Shown here: positions 30,351 to 43,705 of the stretch, piece after piece
Numbering within the stretch: position 1 is the stretch's first letter
Layout of the letters: each line of letters opens with the position of its first letter
Translations under genes and position numbers: made by a program
Notes under the pieces: model-generated
What the model was told of the DNA's origin: nothing
What the model saw: the letters and a program-made list of their open reading frames with translations, nothing else
The model's database searches: none
Origin: Eledone cirrhosa
Taxonomy: Eukaryota
DNA length: 64,000 nucleotides
NCBI GenBank assembly: GCA_964016885.1
Contig: OZ024745.1
Span: 97,464,001 to 97,528,000 of the forward strand
Reading direction: 5' to 3'

Positions 30351-30399
<49 letters not shown>

Positions 30400-31464
30400 T
30401 TGATAATGGTAATGATGATAATAAACCGTTTATGGCAAAAACACATTCACAACACCTTTGGCTAATTTCATCAGATCCTACCCCCCAATAAAAAAAAAAC
30501 ATACACAGAAAAAAAACCCATTATAACACCTGGAAAAAATTATCGAATCGATATAATAATTGCCAGGAATGTAGCAAAGAAAAGATTTTTTTAGGTTTTT
30601 GCTGTTGTTCCTAAAATTTAGCAAATAAAAACAGTTTATCACATACATAGCCAACTAGTATTTCATAAACTTCTTACGCTGACTGCATGTTCTCAAAAGC
30701 TTATTATTATTATTATTATTCAAATGTTCTTTTGTTTTGTTTTGTTTGTTTGTTTGTTTGTTTGTTTGTTTGTTTGTTTTTCCATTCTAACTTCTCTCTC
30801 TCTCTCTCTCTTTTTCTCTTTCTCTCTTCAATATTTCAAGAAACTAAGCAATCATGTGTGACACACCTGTTGTTTTACAGTTTTGTTTTGTTTGTTTTCC
30901 CAAGGATCAGCAGACCATATCACTCAATATTATTATGCTTGCTTCTTGTTTAAGGAAAAAAAAAAAAAAAAAAAAAAAATTCAGTTCTTTCATTTTTTTG
31001 AGCACCTTTAGTTTTATATTCTGGTCCATCTTGAGACCAGTTTACATTAAATACAAAATGTTGACTTTTCTTCATTTTTTTTCTTTTCTTAAATAGTTAA
31101 AACAATTGTTTTTGTTTCATTTTGATGTATTATTTTTTCCTTTTTTTTTCCAATTTTTCTTAACTCCCTTTTCTTCATTCTTTCATCATTTAAAGAACAA
31201 AATGCTAAATATGTTGTCCGTTCAACAGCATGCCTCAGCAGTAGGGGTGGGGGTTGTAAATTATGGCAGAAAAGGTGTTTATTTTTATCTCGGCTGAGAG
31301 ATTTCAAGAAGTGAAAAAAAAAAACCAAAAAAAAAAAAAAACAGAAAAGATCAAAAGACGAGAGGAGGAAAGAGAAGGAAATAAGGGACAGCAATAGAAG
31401 GAAAGAGAAGGAAAAGAAATAGAGAGAAAGGGTGGGGAGGAAAAATGGTGATTAAAATGAATGC

Positions 31465-33001
31465 TCACATTCCAAGGGCTGGAATATGGTGAGGAGCATA
31501 CCTGTAAATATAGACTCGGTAATCTTTGCTGGCCAGCACCACAGAACCATCATCCATAAGTGCCACATCAAAACACTGTGCGTGCTTCACTTTGCTCTCC
31601 AAAGCATTAACTAACTGACCGTCCTGGGTGAAAATGGTTAGATTAAAATTATTGTGATTATCAGCAATGAGAACCTCACCAGCAGAGTTGATACCAACTC
31701 CGATAGGATAGTTAGTGACACCTTCCCCACCGATCTGACGAAGAAATAACCCCTGGTAATTAAACACCTTAACACAGTGGGCACGATTGTCACTAATAAA
31801 AATTTCTTCTTTGTCATTGACAACAACACCATTTGGAAATTCTAGGTGTTGGGAGCAACCAAATTTGTACAAGACATTTCCCATTTGGTCAAAAATAATA
31901 ACACGCATGACTTTACATTCCACAATGACAATGCGTCCTTTATTATCCACTGTAACTCCACGAGGATGTTGCAAAATGTTAGCGCCAAATTTACGGACAA
32001 ATTGGCCATATTGGTTATAAATCTGTATCTGATGTGTAGGACTGCGTTCTGTAACAATTATGTCTCCAGATGACCTGACCACAGCAACTCGATTCGGATA
32101 GAGCAACTGACCATCTCGTTTGCCACACTCCCCAAACTGGAATTTAAAACGACCATCTTTATCAAAGATCTGAATCCGATGATTATTTGTGTCAGCGACA
32201 ATCACATCATTCTGAGCATTAACTGCCACACCACTTGGCTCAGTGAACTGTCCATCAAGAGTCCCGAACTCACCAAACTTACAATGATAAATCATCTTTT
32301 GTCGTTTAATTTGTTGTTTGGAATTATGCAGACCTGTGTTGATTAATTTGGAAGTCAGATCTAACAGTGGGTCGGGGTTTGTTGGGAATATATCCATACC
32401 ATTTGTAAAGATGTCTAATCCACTTGACCATTTCTCATAAATATTGTTGTCAGTTCCTCCACCAAATTGAAAATTATTAGTAGTAGAAGAGAACTGACGT
32501 GGAGATGTTTCAAAGAGCTGGCCATTGTTTAAAGTGTTTCCAACAACAATGCCATTAGCAGGACGAGCAATTGGCTGTGGTTTCTGAGTGGTTTGTGGTG
32601 GGAATTCACTGTTTTGTCGAACATAACCAAATGTATTTTGAATGCCAACTTGAATAGCTGAAAAATTGGAGATGAACTCCATATCATAATAATTTTGATT
32701 GTTGATATCTGGCTGAAAATTAAAGACATTTTGAAAACGCTGTTCAATGAAAGATTTAAAAAGTAGAATTTCTGAAGAACTGGCATGTTTCAATAGTTTG
32801 TCAATAAAATCGCAACCTTGGTAAATACGCTCAATATTTTCCTGAATCTTCTGTGCTAATGTACTAATAGCAATCTGTTTACCATTAAATACTTGATCCA
32901 ACTCCCTCTGAACTTCTTGCTTGCGTTCTTCAATCACAGCACGGAAGAAATTATATGTTTCAGTAATATCCTCCTGTGCTTTCTGATACTGGATCTGCAA
33001 T
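31465..33001 (-). CDS. brat: brain tumor (Brat)-like TRIM-NHL protein, last coding exon (coiled coil and NHL beta-propeller)
   Basis: The acceptor tttag|A at 33002-33003 completes the codon AG+A (Arg), giving ...NSR-LQIQYQKAQ in frame with the previous exon. The C-terminal QIKRQKMIYHCKFGEFG...DDGSVVLASKDYRVYIYRY is near-identical to the Drosophila Brat NHL domain as I recall it. TGA is at 31467-31465; total CDS is 2277 nt (758 aa). Confidence 0.95.
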
Positions 33002-33269
33002 CTAAAGACAACAAAAATGTTTAAAAGTAATTTCATAAATCAACAGAAACAAATACAAAGTGAAGATATAAAGATATAAGATATATAAAAATGGTGAGTC
33101 CAACAAAAGGTTTTCTGATGGATTCACTGTTTAATAAAACACAGTGTTAATACCTTCAGCGGTGTATAATAATCAGCCTTACTATATACTCCTGAACAAG
33201 TAACTTCAGGATTTACTTGAGATAAGACATATATATACATATATATATATATTGGAGTGAAAGCAACTG

Positions 33270-33500
33270 GTGCATGTGTTTCTTATTGGCAAAATGACCC
33301 TCCCAAAGCATAACAATATCGGTTTCAACACACGTTTTCAGATAAAGAATCTTGCTAAACAAATTCAGAAACGAAAAATATATAATATATATATATATAT
33401 ATATATCAAATGGCCCCACACACGTGTCAAGTTTCATCAAGATCAGTTTGGTAAGTTTTTGAGTTTTAGGTTCACAAACAAACAGACAGGAATTGCCATT

Positions 33501-33549
<49 letters not shown>

Positions 33550-33620
33550 ATACATACATATATATATATAGTTTTAGGTTCACAAACAAACAGACAGGAA
33601 TTGCCATTCATGTGTACATA
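33270..33620. mobile_element. Possible non-autonomous Helitron/HINE-like remnant
   Basis: GTCAAGTTTCATCAAGATCAGTTTGGTAAGTTTTTGAGTTT..CACAAACAAACAGACAG resembles DINE-1/Lep1-type elements; its 3' part is duplicated around a microsatellite. Confidence 0.45.
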
Positions 33621-34152
33621 CATACATACATACATACATACATACATGGTGGCTGCCAACTCGTTTTCGAGTACGGCCACTACTTTATATCCATGTAGGA
33701 GAATGATGCGCTGAATGAGTGACTTTTAGTCCAGCCAGCGACTTGAAAACTCTGGTACAAACACTACACTTGTGACAATTATTGACACATAGTGCTGGGC
33801 CCATGGTACCATGTGATGACAAGTGCAGAGAGATCTCCAGATATAAAGCAATGCCTGTGCCGTGAAGCTTTTATAGTGAGCAAAGGCACTGCACAAAGCC
33901 AGTCCCACTCTCTTAACCAAGATGATATTTACCAAAAAGAAGAACAAGTCAACATCATTGGATACCATCAGGGTTGCAGGTGTTATATCAGAGTTTTCCT
34001 TCTAGAATTTTGCCTTGACAAAGGCTAAGGGGTCATCTCTCCCGGTGATTTTGGATGGCCATTGACTCTACTGGCAACCCCACCAAGGTTTCTTGGTGAG
34101 GAGGGTGACTTTGGACATCCTGCAGGACTAAAAAGATACATACATACATACA

Positions 34153-34545
34153 TTGAAAACGTGTTCTGTTGTGGAGATCAGCTGCCCACTTGATGTAAAC
34201 GTTGTCAGAAAAATACAGGAGAAGGACATCTACAGACCATTGATGAGGAGCTTACAAATCCAGTATCCAAGATACACCTTTAGCTTCATACCCATCATTA
34301 TTGGAGCTACGGGTTACATACCAACTCGCTTGGACCAATGTATAACTGAACTTGGATTTGCGGACAAAGAGCGCAGCTCCCTAATTCATAGTCTACAAAT
34401 GGCTGCGATAGCTGGCACCTTCAAAATTTGCAAAACATTCTTGCGATGCAAGGGATGACAATTTCTTTTCTTTTACAACCTTGCCACCAGGAAGGTGGCC
34501 AGTCAAAAAAATATACTCAAAATTAAGAGAAAGAGATAACATACA
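34153..34545 (+). mobile_element. 3' fragment of a restriction-like-endonuclease (R4/Dong/NeSL-type) non-LTR retrotransposon
   Basis: VVEISCP...K..EK..Y..L...IPIIIGATG is the PD-(D/E)xK RLE C-terminal motif; bounded by (TACA)n on both sides. Confidence 0.7.
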
Positions 34546-35989
34546 TACATGGTGGCTGCCAACTCGTTTTCGGGTATGGCCACTATTTTATATCCATTTA
34601 GGAGAACCCCTACCGATTATTACCTCAGGAATTGAAAGAAATTTTGTTATACTAAAAAATTTGTTATAATGGTATTCGTTATAACGGAATTTTACCTGTA
34701 TATCTTACTTTAATCTTTAGAAATGAAGCAATAGGGAGGAAAGTTATCAAGTAGAAACTCCATCAAAATGTTCCAATTTTCGTATACAATCCCAACTCAA
34801 GATAGAAACAATAAAGAAAATTTGAAAATAAAATTAAAATCAAGCCTGAAGACAGCAAGCGAAATTTAAAATTTAGTAGAAATAGAAGCTTTTGTCATAT
34901 TTTGACTAAGAAATTAGCCTGAAATAATGTAAATGCAAACACGGACACACTTACAAAAATACACAATCAGACGTACATTCACACACATACATACATTTAC
35001 ACAAACACTCATACATAGTGTAGCAAATGGAATGCCAGCCACTGTTTTTCTATAGTTTTTTTCACCATCCCCTTCCTTTTTTTACACACATACATTCACA
35101 CAAACACATTGTGTGATGGACAAAAGTCGCTCAAGTTTATATATAAATAATAATCCATTAACTCTCTTCTTTTCAGATGCAGGAAGTGGATATCAAACAA
35201 TGCCACTTACCACATGAAATCTTCTTCCTGTCAGGTGTAAAACTTTGACACAAAGAAAGGTAGGCCTAGCCCTATCATGACTGCATTTCTAATAAAATAC
35301 AGTCTATTTTTTTTATTAATTAATGAAGAATTTTGAAGGATTTACTTAAATTATTAATTATTTCATTACTAATATAGTAATTTAACCCTTTAGCCTTTAC
35401 ATTACTCTGTCAAATGTTATGTTTATCTATTTACATTATTTTGAGTTAATCATACTCAAGAGGGTTATCAACTTTATGTTTGTAATTTTGTTAATTTTCT
35501 ATGCGCAGACTTGAAATTTTGTAAGTAGATGTTTAAATATCAAGAATTTACAATTATCTATTTTTACTATTTTTTTTTTTTTTGTTAAATTTTTTTGTTA
35601 AATTTGACTTTTATGGGCAGGTGAAATTAATCAACAAGTGTAAAAGTATTGACTTTATGGATAAACATAAAAATTTAAACTTTGTGTGCCTTACCTGTTA
35701 GATTTGTTACAAAACATATCCAACAATGACCTAGATGTTGACTTCCAACAAGTTTAGCACTTTTCCGAACAGGTGAATTAATTTAAAATGCAGGTATAAT
35801 CAGTAAACGGCTTTAGTCTGTCTCTACATTCCATGCAAATATTTTCATTGAAAAAAAAAAGTATAAAACTCTTTTACCAGTCAAAATATTATTGGCAATG
35901 TACTCTTACACACTGTACTGGATACATTTACATAACAGAATGTGCCCAGTATATAAGTTCATTAACAGATGTGATGCAGGTGTTTACGC

Positions 35990-38900
35990 ATATAATATTC
36001 AAATATTTCCGTCGTGGAATTGACCAAGACACCCGTTACATAATGGCAATTTGCAAAAGGAACACATAAATGAGGTTTCAATTCGATAACCTTTAGCGGT
36101 TTTTCTCTTTTGCAAAGAGCACATTCGGCAAACCTTTCTCCCATTAATTTTCTCTATATTATGAAAAATATTTTCTGTTTACCTCAAATAATTTTGACTT
36201 TCTCCCAGCTTTGTGTTTGTGAGAAGTATATCTCCCACGTAGCTGAGATGCAACGTCTACATGAAATTTCATGTAGCAGTAGTCCTTTGGTGGTGATGGA
36301 TCCTTGTGGCTTTTAATGAATACAATAAAAGAATTCAATGATTAAATTCATTAAAAACCACAAAATATATCTCCACAATTTCTCTCCAGGGCGTCCAACT
36401 GGGTAATAGGCACAATATTGGTCGGATTTGTCAACCCCGCCCATATATTTATTGTAGGAAAGGTTAAATAAAGGTTTACCTTCAGCCCCAACACCTGGTT
36501 GCTGGTTAGAAGTTAGGAATAAAATTTGCTGTTTGTCTTTGTACAATGTGGCTAACATGTTCCCTTTTTGCACATGGAGAATGTCCCCGCTTTTTAAAAC
36601 TTTTGTTATTTTTATCTCTTGGGGTAGCCCTTTGCGATACCCCGTTATTGTACCACAGATGTACGTATTTTCAAAGGCAAGATCCTCTGCCAGAAGCACC
36701 GGAGAAAAAAAAAAGGTTAAAACGTGTGTTGAGAGTGGAAGGGTTTAGTCATAGACCATACAACATTGTATCCCAATCCCTTTTTTCTCTCTCCGTTATC
36801 CCCCACCCACAAAGTAAATATCAAAGTTTGCACAGTAGCCTGTAACCAATTCACAGTTCTTCACACCTTGATGCCCCATTTGGAGGGTTTAGCTGGCATA
36901 TCTGAAATGTACCCTACCCTTATACCCAATCATTTCTTCATTAACACTGAGATTTTTTCCAGGTATATACAGTTTAAATTTTTCAGATATTTTAATTAAT
37001 GGTCAAACTTTATAGAGAGGATCATAATTCGATTTCTTTCTACCAGGGTAATTTGAAGTATCAACCAGGTGCAAATACTGATTTAATTTCAAATACTTTG
37101 TTTTCGGCATAATACTTGATATATAAGGATCACTAAACCTTATATCAGCATTCCAGTAATTCCACAGCGTTAGAAATTGTTTTATACCGAACATTATATT
37201 TATAGTAAAAATGCTTGAATTTCCGTAACATCTGTCAGTCACCATAATAGATTGGGTTTTCCTTCATTTGAAATTTGTGGGTTGTGGACCAGTATTGGGA
37301 GGTTATGTGTGTTGTGGACTAGTATTGGGAGGTAATGTGGGTTGTGGACTAGCATCAGGAGGTAATGTGGGTTGTGGACCAGTGTTGAGAGGTTATGTGT
37401 GTTGTGGACCAGTATTGGGAGGTTATGTGTGTTGTGGACCAGTGTTGAGAGGTAATGTGTGTTATGGACCAGTATTGGGATAATGTGGGTTATGGACCAG
37501 TGTTGAGAGGTAATGTGTGTTGTGGACCTGTATTGGGAGGTAATGTGTTGTGCACCAGTGTTGAGAGGTTATGTGTGTTGTGGACCAGTATTGGGAGGTT
37601 ATGTGGGTTGTGGACCAGTATTGGGAGGTTATGTGTTGTGGACCAGTATTGGGAGGTAATGTGTGTTGTGGACCAGTGTTGGGAGGTAATGTGTGTTGTG
37701 GAGCAGTATTGGGAGGTAATGTGGGTTGTGGACCAGTATTGGGAGGTTATGTGTGTTGTGGACCAGTGTTGAGAGGTAATGTGTGTTGTGGACCAGTATT
37801 GGGAGGTAATGTGTGTTGTAGACCAGTATTGGGAGGTAATGTGTGTTGTGGACCAGTATTGGGAGGTAATGTGGGTTGTGGACCAGTATTGGGAGGTAAT
37901 GTGTGTTGTGGACCAGTATTGGGAGGTAATGTGTGTTGTGGACCAGTGTTGGGAGGTAATGTGTATTGTGGACCAGTATTGGGAGGTAATGTGTGTTGTG
38001 GACCAGTATTGGGAGGTTATGTGTGTTGTGGACCAGTATTGGGAGGTAATATGTGTTGTGAACCAGCATTGGGAGGTAATGTGGGTTGTGGACCAGTATT
38101 GGGAGGTAATGTGGGTTGTGGACCAGTATTGGGAGGTAATGTGGGTTGTGGACCAGTATTGGGAGGTAATGTGTGTTGTAGACCAGTGTTGAGAGGTTAT
38201 GTGTGTTGTTGACCAGTATTGGGAGGTAATGTGTGTTGTAGACCAGTATTGGGAGGTTATGTGTGTTGTGGACCAGTGTTGGGAGGTTATGTGTGTTGTG
38301 GACCAGTATTGGGAGGTTATGTGTGTTGTGGACCAGTATTGGGAGGTTATGTGTGTTGTAGACCAGTATTGGGAGGTTATGTGTGTTGTGGACCAGTATT
38401 GGGAGGTAATGTGGGTTGTGGACCAGTATTGGGAGGTAATGTGTGTTGTAGACCAGTATTGGGAGGTAATGTGTGTTGTGGACCAGTATTGGGAGGTTAT
38501 GTGTGTTGTGGACCAGTATTGAGAGGTTATGTGTGTTGTGGACCAGTATTGGGAGGTTATGTGTGTTGTAGACCAGTATTGGGAGGTTATGTGTGTTGTG
38601 GACCAGTATTGGGAGGTAATGTGGGTTGTGGACCAGTATTGGGAGGTAATGTGTGTTGTGGACCAGTGTTGAGAGGTAATGTGTGTTGTGGACCAGTATT
38701 GGAAGGTTATGTGTGTTGTGGACCAGTGTTGGGAGGTAATGTGTGTTGTGGACCAGTATTGGGAGGTTATGTGTGTTGTGGACCAGTATTGAGAGGTTAT
38801 GTGGGTTGTGGACCAGTATTGGGAGCTTATGTGTGTTGTGGACCAGTATTGGGAGGTAATGTGTGTTGTGGACCAGTATTGAGAGGTTATGTGTGTTGTG

Positions 38901-40153
38901 GACCAGTATTGAGAGGTTATGTGTGTTGTGGACCAGTATTGGAAGGTTATGTGTGTTGTGGACCAGTATTGAGAGGTTATGTGTGTTGTGGACCAGTATT
39001 GAGAGGTTATGTGTGTTGTGGACCAGTATTGGGAGGTAATGTGTGTTGTGGACCAGTATTGGAAGGTTATGTGTGTTGTGGACCAGTATTGGAAGGTAAT
39101 GTGTGTTGTGGACCAGTATTGAGAGGTAATGTGCATTGTGGACCAGTATTGGGAGCTTATGTGTGTTGTGGACCAGTATTGGGAGGTAATGTGGGTTATG
39201 GACCAGTATTGGGAGCTTATGTGTGTTGTGGACCAGTATTGGGAGGTAATGTGTGTTGTGGACCAGTATTGAGAGGTTATGTGTGTTGTGGACCAGTATT
39301 GAGAGGTTATGTGTGTTGTGGACCAGTATTGGAAGGTAATGTGTGTTGTGGACCAGTATTGGAAGGTTATGTGTGTTATGGACCAGTATTGGGAGGTTAT
39401 GTGGGTTGTGGACCAGTGTTGAGAGGTAATGTGTGTTGTGGACCAGTATTGGGAGGTAATGTGGGTTATGGACCAGTATTGGGAGGTAATGTGTGTTGTG
39501 GACCAGTATTGGGAGGTAATGTGTGTTGTGGACCAGTATTGGGAGGTTATGTGTGTTATGGACCAGTATTGGGAGGTTATGTGTGTTGTGGACCAGTGTT
39601 GGGAGGTAATGTGTGTTGTGGACCAGTATTGGGAGGTAATGTGTGTTATGGACCAGTATTGGGAGGTAATGTGTGTTGTGGACCAGTATTGGGAGGTAAT
39701 GTGTGTTGTGGACCAGTATTGGGAGGTAATGTGTGTTGTGGACCAGTATTGGGAGGTTAATGTGTGTTGTGGACCAGTGTTGAGAGGTTATGTGGGTTGT
39801 GGACCAGTATTGGGAGGTTATGTGGGTTGTGGACCAGTATAGGGAGGTAATGTGTGTTATGGACCAGTATTGAGAGGTAATGTGGGTTGTGGACCAGTAT
39901 TTTCAATAAAATCGGGAACATGTATTAGTGTGGTGTTTTTCGACCATGTTGCTGTAACATTTTCAATGGCGTCCTAGAGATCTTTGCTTTCACTTTCAAC
40001 AATCATCGTTGGATGAAAATTCAGAGATATATATGTCTGATTCGTTTGAAGATAAATCACTGATATTTTATTTTATTTCTTCTTCATTTTGATTGTCATC
40101 GCATGTAAAACCTTAAAACCTTCAAAGTCGGTATTGCTATTTTCACAGGCCAT
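35990..40153 (-). pseudogene. piggyBac transposase pseudogene
   Basis: ORF fragments 36313-36699, 37003-37245 and 35962-36144 plus an acidic N-terminus starting at ATG 40153. Disrupted by stops, frameshifts and a 2.6-kb tandem array. Confidence 0.85.
37276..39901. repeat. 30-bp minisatellite (GGACCAGTATTGGGAGGTWATGTGTGTTGT), about 87 units
   Basis: 30-bp periodicity is directly visible; the array lies inside the piggyBac transposase. Confidence 0.98.
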
Positions 40154-41024
40154 GTTCATATACACAAAAAATCTGTTGTACTTCCAACATTTAAAAAAAA
40201 AACGTATTGTTTTAAGTTTCACTATATTAAGTGTTATTTTTTGCAGTAAAGAACTTATCTCGCAGTAATTTTGAATCAACAAGATTTTTATGACGTTATT
40301 GTTTATTTTTAGAACGATATCTTAGTAGGTGTCTTCGGCCGGATTTGAACAAATATTTGAATGCTAAAGGGTTAATGTAAGATTCTTATATAAAATTATG
40401 TTGAAAGATTTTAATTTAAATTAGAAACCTTTGATATGGATGGCTTTATTTCATAGAACCAGAGCTGGTTTTGGCTGGGTTGATAACTAAAGGGCTAGAG
40501 AGATTGTAGAAGAGATGAGTTGTGTGCTGTTTACAAGAGGTAATATAGATGGAGAGCCTCAAGTCAGACTCTGCACAAGCAATGAACACAGACACAAATT
40601 CTTCTGACAGAGAGATGGATAACATAATTGGCGTAGTTAAAAATATGTTACAAAATTAACTTTAGACTAATCATAGGTAGTAATCTTGGTATATATACCC
40701 CCAATCAGGGCTGTTTCTATGCAGATTATCTCAATAACAAATGACAACCTCGTTATAACAAAATCTTGATAACAAATGAAGACCTCGTTGTGACAGAAGA
40801 GAATATCTGAGACAATATTCTGTGAATCACAGACCAGCCAGTTGAAAAGTGACATCATAATGAAATATTACAATAGATGGAACCACAGAAACTAAGAGAC
40901 AAGCATAGAGAAATGTAATCCTGTTGGCAATGCTCTGTAATGAGAGGATCAGAGAGTTGAGCAGACGCAGTACAAATCAAGTCATAAAGAAACTAAATAG
41001 AGCATGGTTAGGTCAAAGTAAATA

Positions 41025-41525
41025 ATAATTGTCTCTACTTTTGACACAAGGCCAATTACTCCAGTGCATTACTGGTGCTTTATTTTATCGACCCTGTAAC
41101 GATGAAAAGTAAAGTTAACCTCAGCAGGATTTGAACTCAGACCGTAACTCTATGCTGCAAAGCATAGCGTCCAACCCTTGACACTCTACCGATACAGCAA
41201 CAATAATTCTTTCTAACATTGGCAAAAGGCCAGCAATTTAGGAAAAAAGTAAAGGCAATTATATCGACCCCAATATTTAACTATTTACCTCAAAAAGGAA
41301 AAAAAGGCAAAGTTGACTTCAACTGCATTTGAACACAGGACGTAAAAAGTATTGTTTAACACTCTAACAACTCTACCAAAACACTGCCTTTACATTCTAA
41401 TAATGATTTAGATTAAATAATTGTTTCTATTTTTGGCACAAGGCCAACAATTATCCCAGTGCATTACTGGTACTTCGGCAGGATTTGAACTCAGACCTTC
41501 TACCGATACTGCCAATCCACTGCCC
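41025..41525 (-). mobile_element. Three adjacent SINE copies, same family
   Basis: Copies at about 41025, 41205 and 41417; the last is flanked by the TSD TTTAGATTAAATAAT. Confidence 0.85.
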
Positions 41526-43082
41526 TTTAGATTAAATAATAACAGATAATAGGAAGGACATCCAACCAAAGAAGCCAAGCCAAAATAGGTCCAGTGAGCA
41601 GGACATGGTCATCTGTTTTGGCTTGGCTCACATCTGGACAACTCATCTAACCCATGCTAGTATGGAAAAATAGACATTAAACAGTGATGATGATAATGAT
41701 GATGAATAACAATAATTTCATCAACAGATCAAAGCCTATTGTTCATGACCTTCAATTTGAGACTTCAGAAATGACTTGGTCGCCAGAATTGTCAGCTAGT
41801 AGCCATTATATACTTGACAATAAGGAAGAAATATGTGGCTTCATTCATGTCAAAAGATAAGAGCATGAGGTAGCAGCAGCACACTTGAGGGAAATGAAAC
41901 ATCTTTTCATATTTTGTTAAGTCAAATTGAAAGATCAGATTAAGTACTTTGACCTGTCTGCTCTTCATTTCATACTGTTATATTATTAGTGCTTATATAA
42001 GTGAAGATTTTCATTGTTAAGGCGGATGCTGGTTATATAAAAGGATGGATATCATGAAGACTAATTTTAACATAATTTAAAAATTAAATTCAAGAACAAT
42101 TGACTATACATTAATTTTGAACCAATGAAAGAGTCTTAATGAGTTTTTATGAGGTTATTTGACCTGCTATAAATAACAAACAAATCTCTTTAAAAACTAC
42201 AATTTTACTATCTTGGATAATGTAGTTCTAGATATGCAATACACAAGAACATGAGAAGCATGACTGTTCACAAAGGATCAGATTGGTATTGCACAAAAAC
42301 ATCCTTTGAAGAACATTTTATCCAGATCTCTGTTTCATGTATATTATTCTATTTTGTGTTCTAGTTACAAACTGAGGCCATGCCAGGGCACTGTCATATG
42401 CTAGCAAAGTGTTCATTGGTCTAAGAGATGTAAATGGGCAGAAATTTTAAACTTAAGATAAGAAATAGTAGAGAAGACCATTCAATTATGTTAAAGGCAT
42501 AGCAGCCACCCTGGTGTTGGTGCTATGATAAAACACCCCAAAATAAAGGGTCAAAAAGACTCTTCAATTGTGTCAAAAACATGACAACCTGCCTAGAGCT
42601 GGTGGTGCCATGATAAAACACATCCAGTGCACTTTTTAGAGTACAGGAAAGTAAATGATATGCATCCCCACTCCTCAGCCCATGTGAGGGGTTAAAGAAT
42701 CAATGATTGGGGATTCTTAAAATGTAATATTTTTTGTTTCTTTAAACAAGACACAAAACTTGGAATAAAAATAGGAACTTGTGAAAGCCAATAAGGAAGC
42801 TTCTATATTGTCATTCAGCCTGTTTTTGTTATTTGGTTTCGTTTGTAAACTGCAATCAATCTATCACTAACACCACCACCCCACCACCACCACCACCCTC
42901 TCACTCTCTCTCTCTCATACACACCTGCAAAATAGTTAAAGAGCAAAATCTTACGATGAACAATAAAATAAATAACCAGTAGGTCATACTTAAAGATGAT
43001 GATTTAATATTTTATTTTCATCAACTATCAGCTCTGTACCACACTGAAGATGACCAAGAATACAAAAACAAGAACATCTTAA

Positions 43083-43291
43083 CCCTTTAGCATTTAAACC
43101 GGCTGTATCCGGCCTGAATTCTCTCACCTCTTTCTGTTCAAACTGGCCATAACTAGCCACTCATACTTATGTTAAGGTATAGTTCTCAAAATAAATAATA
43201 TCAAAATCTCATAGATTCGATATTATGTGAGATAAATATGTGAGGTAAAGCCTTTACCACAAAAATACAATAGTATATATGGAGTAAAGGG
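43083..43291. mobile_element. piggyBac-type MITE family 1 (about 210 bp)
   Basis: TTAA-CCCTTTAGCATTTAAACCGG ... AAAGGG-TTAA; reverse complement of the copy at 52562. Confidence 0.85.
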
Positions 43292-43665
43292 TTAAATACT
43301 AAAAACATAAAACTCTTCACATTAACACATAATAGAAGAAAATGCCATAAAGAACAATTTGCTTTACATTCCCTGTACTTTATTTTTATTTTCCCTTTAA
43401 ACATAAGACTAAAGGAAAAAACTGTGACTTTACAAAATGTTTGGCTTAGTTATTCCCTAGTCAATAATTTGATATCATCTGAGGTGTTAATTCAATGAAA
43501 ACTAACCCAATTATAATTTGTGGTAAGTGTTATAAATTTTAAGAACAAGTTGTTGAGCAAAGAATGCAAATAATATATGAAACTTTAAAGGAAATGTAAT
43601 ATAGATATTGGCTAGTACAAAGTATATATTTTATTTCACAATGACCACCATCTCTCTATCTCTGC

Positions 43666-43705
<40 letters not shown>

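Larger units (their letters stand above)
35386..40371 (-). mobile_element. Decayed piggyBac-family DNA transposon (TIRs, TTAA TSD, fragmented PGBD-type transposase)
   Basis: TTAA-CCCTTTAGCCTT at 35382 and AATGCTAAAGGG-TTAA ending at 40375. Minus-strand transposase remnants include YLHLVD...DPLYKV, MPAKPSKWGIKV*, YNKYMGGVDKSDQ...W and a C-terminal Cys-rich CALC...C motif. There are multiple stops and frameshifts. Confidence 0.88.

Noticed and set aside
33002-33036. MKLLLNIFVVF as the start of a 523-aa single-exon protein
   Set aside because: This is the intronic polypyrimidine tract; the phase-matched splice to 48514 restores continuous Brat sequence.
37490-39760. 548-aa (HITSQYWSTT)n and 513-aa (CCGPVLGGNV)n ORFs
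   Set aside because: By-products of a 30-bp minisatellite inside a dead transposase; no unique sequence, splice or start context.
37276-39901. CRISPR-like array
   Set aside because: Units are head-to-tail with no unique spacers; eukaryotic context and no cas genes. The same applies to the 27-, 37-, 53- and 60-bp arrays.
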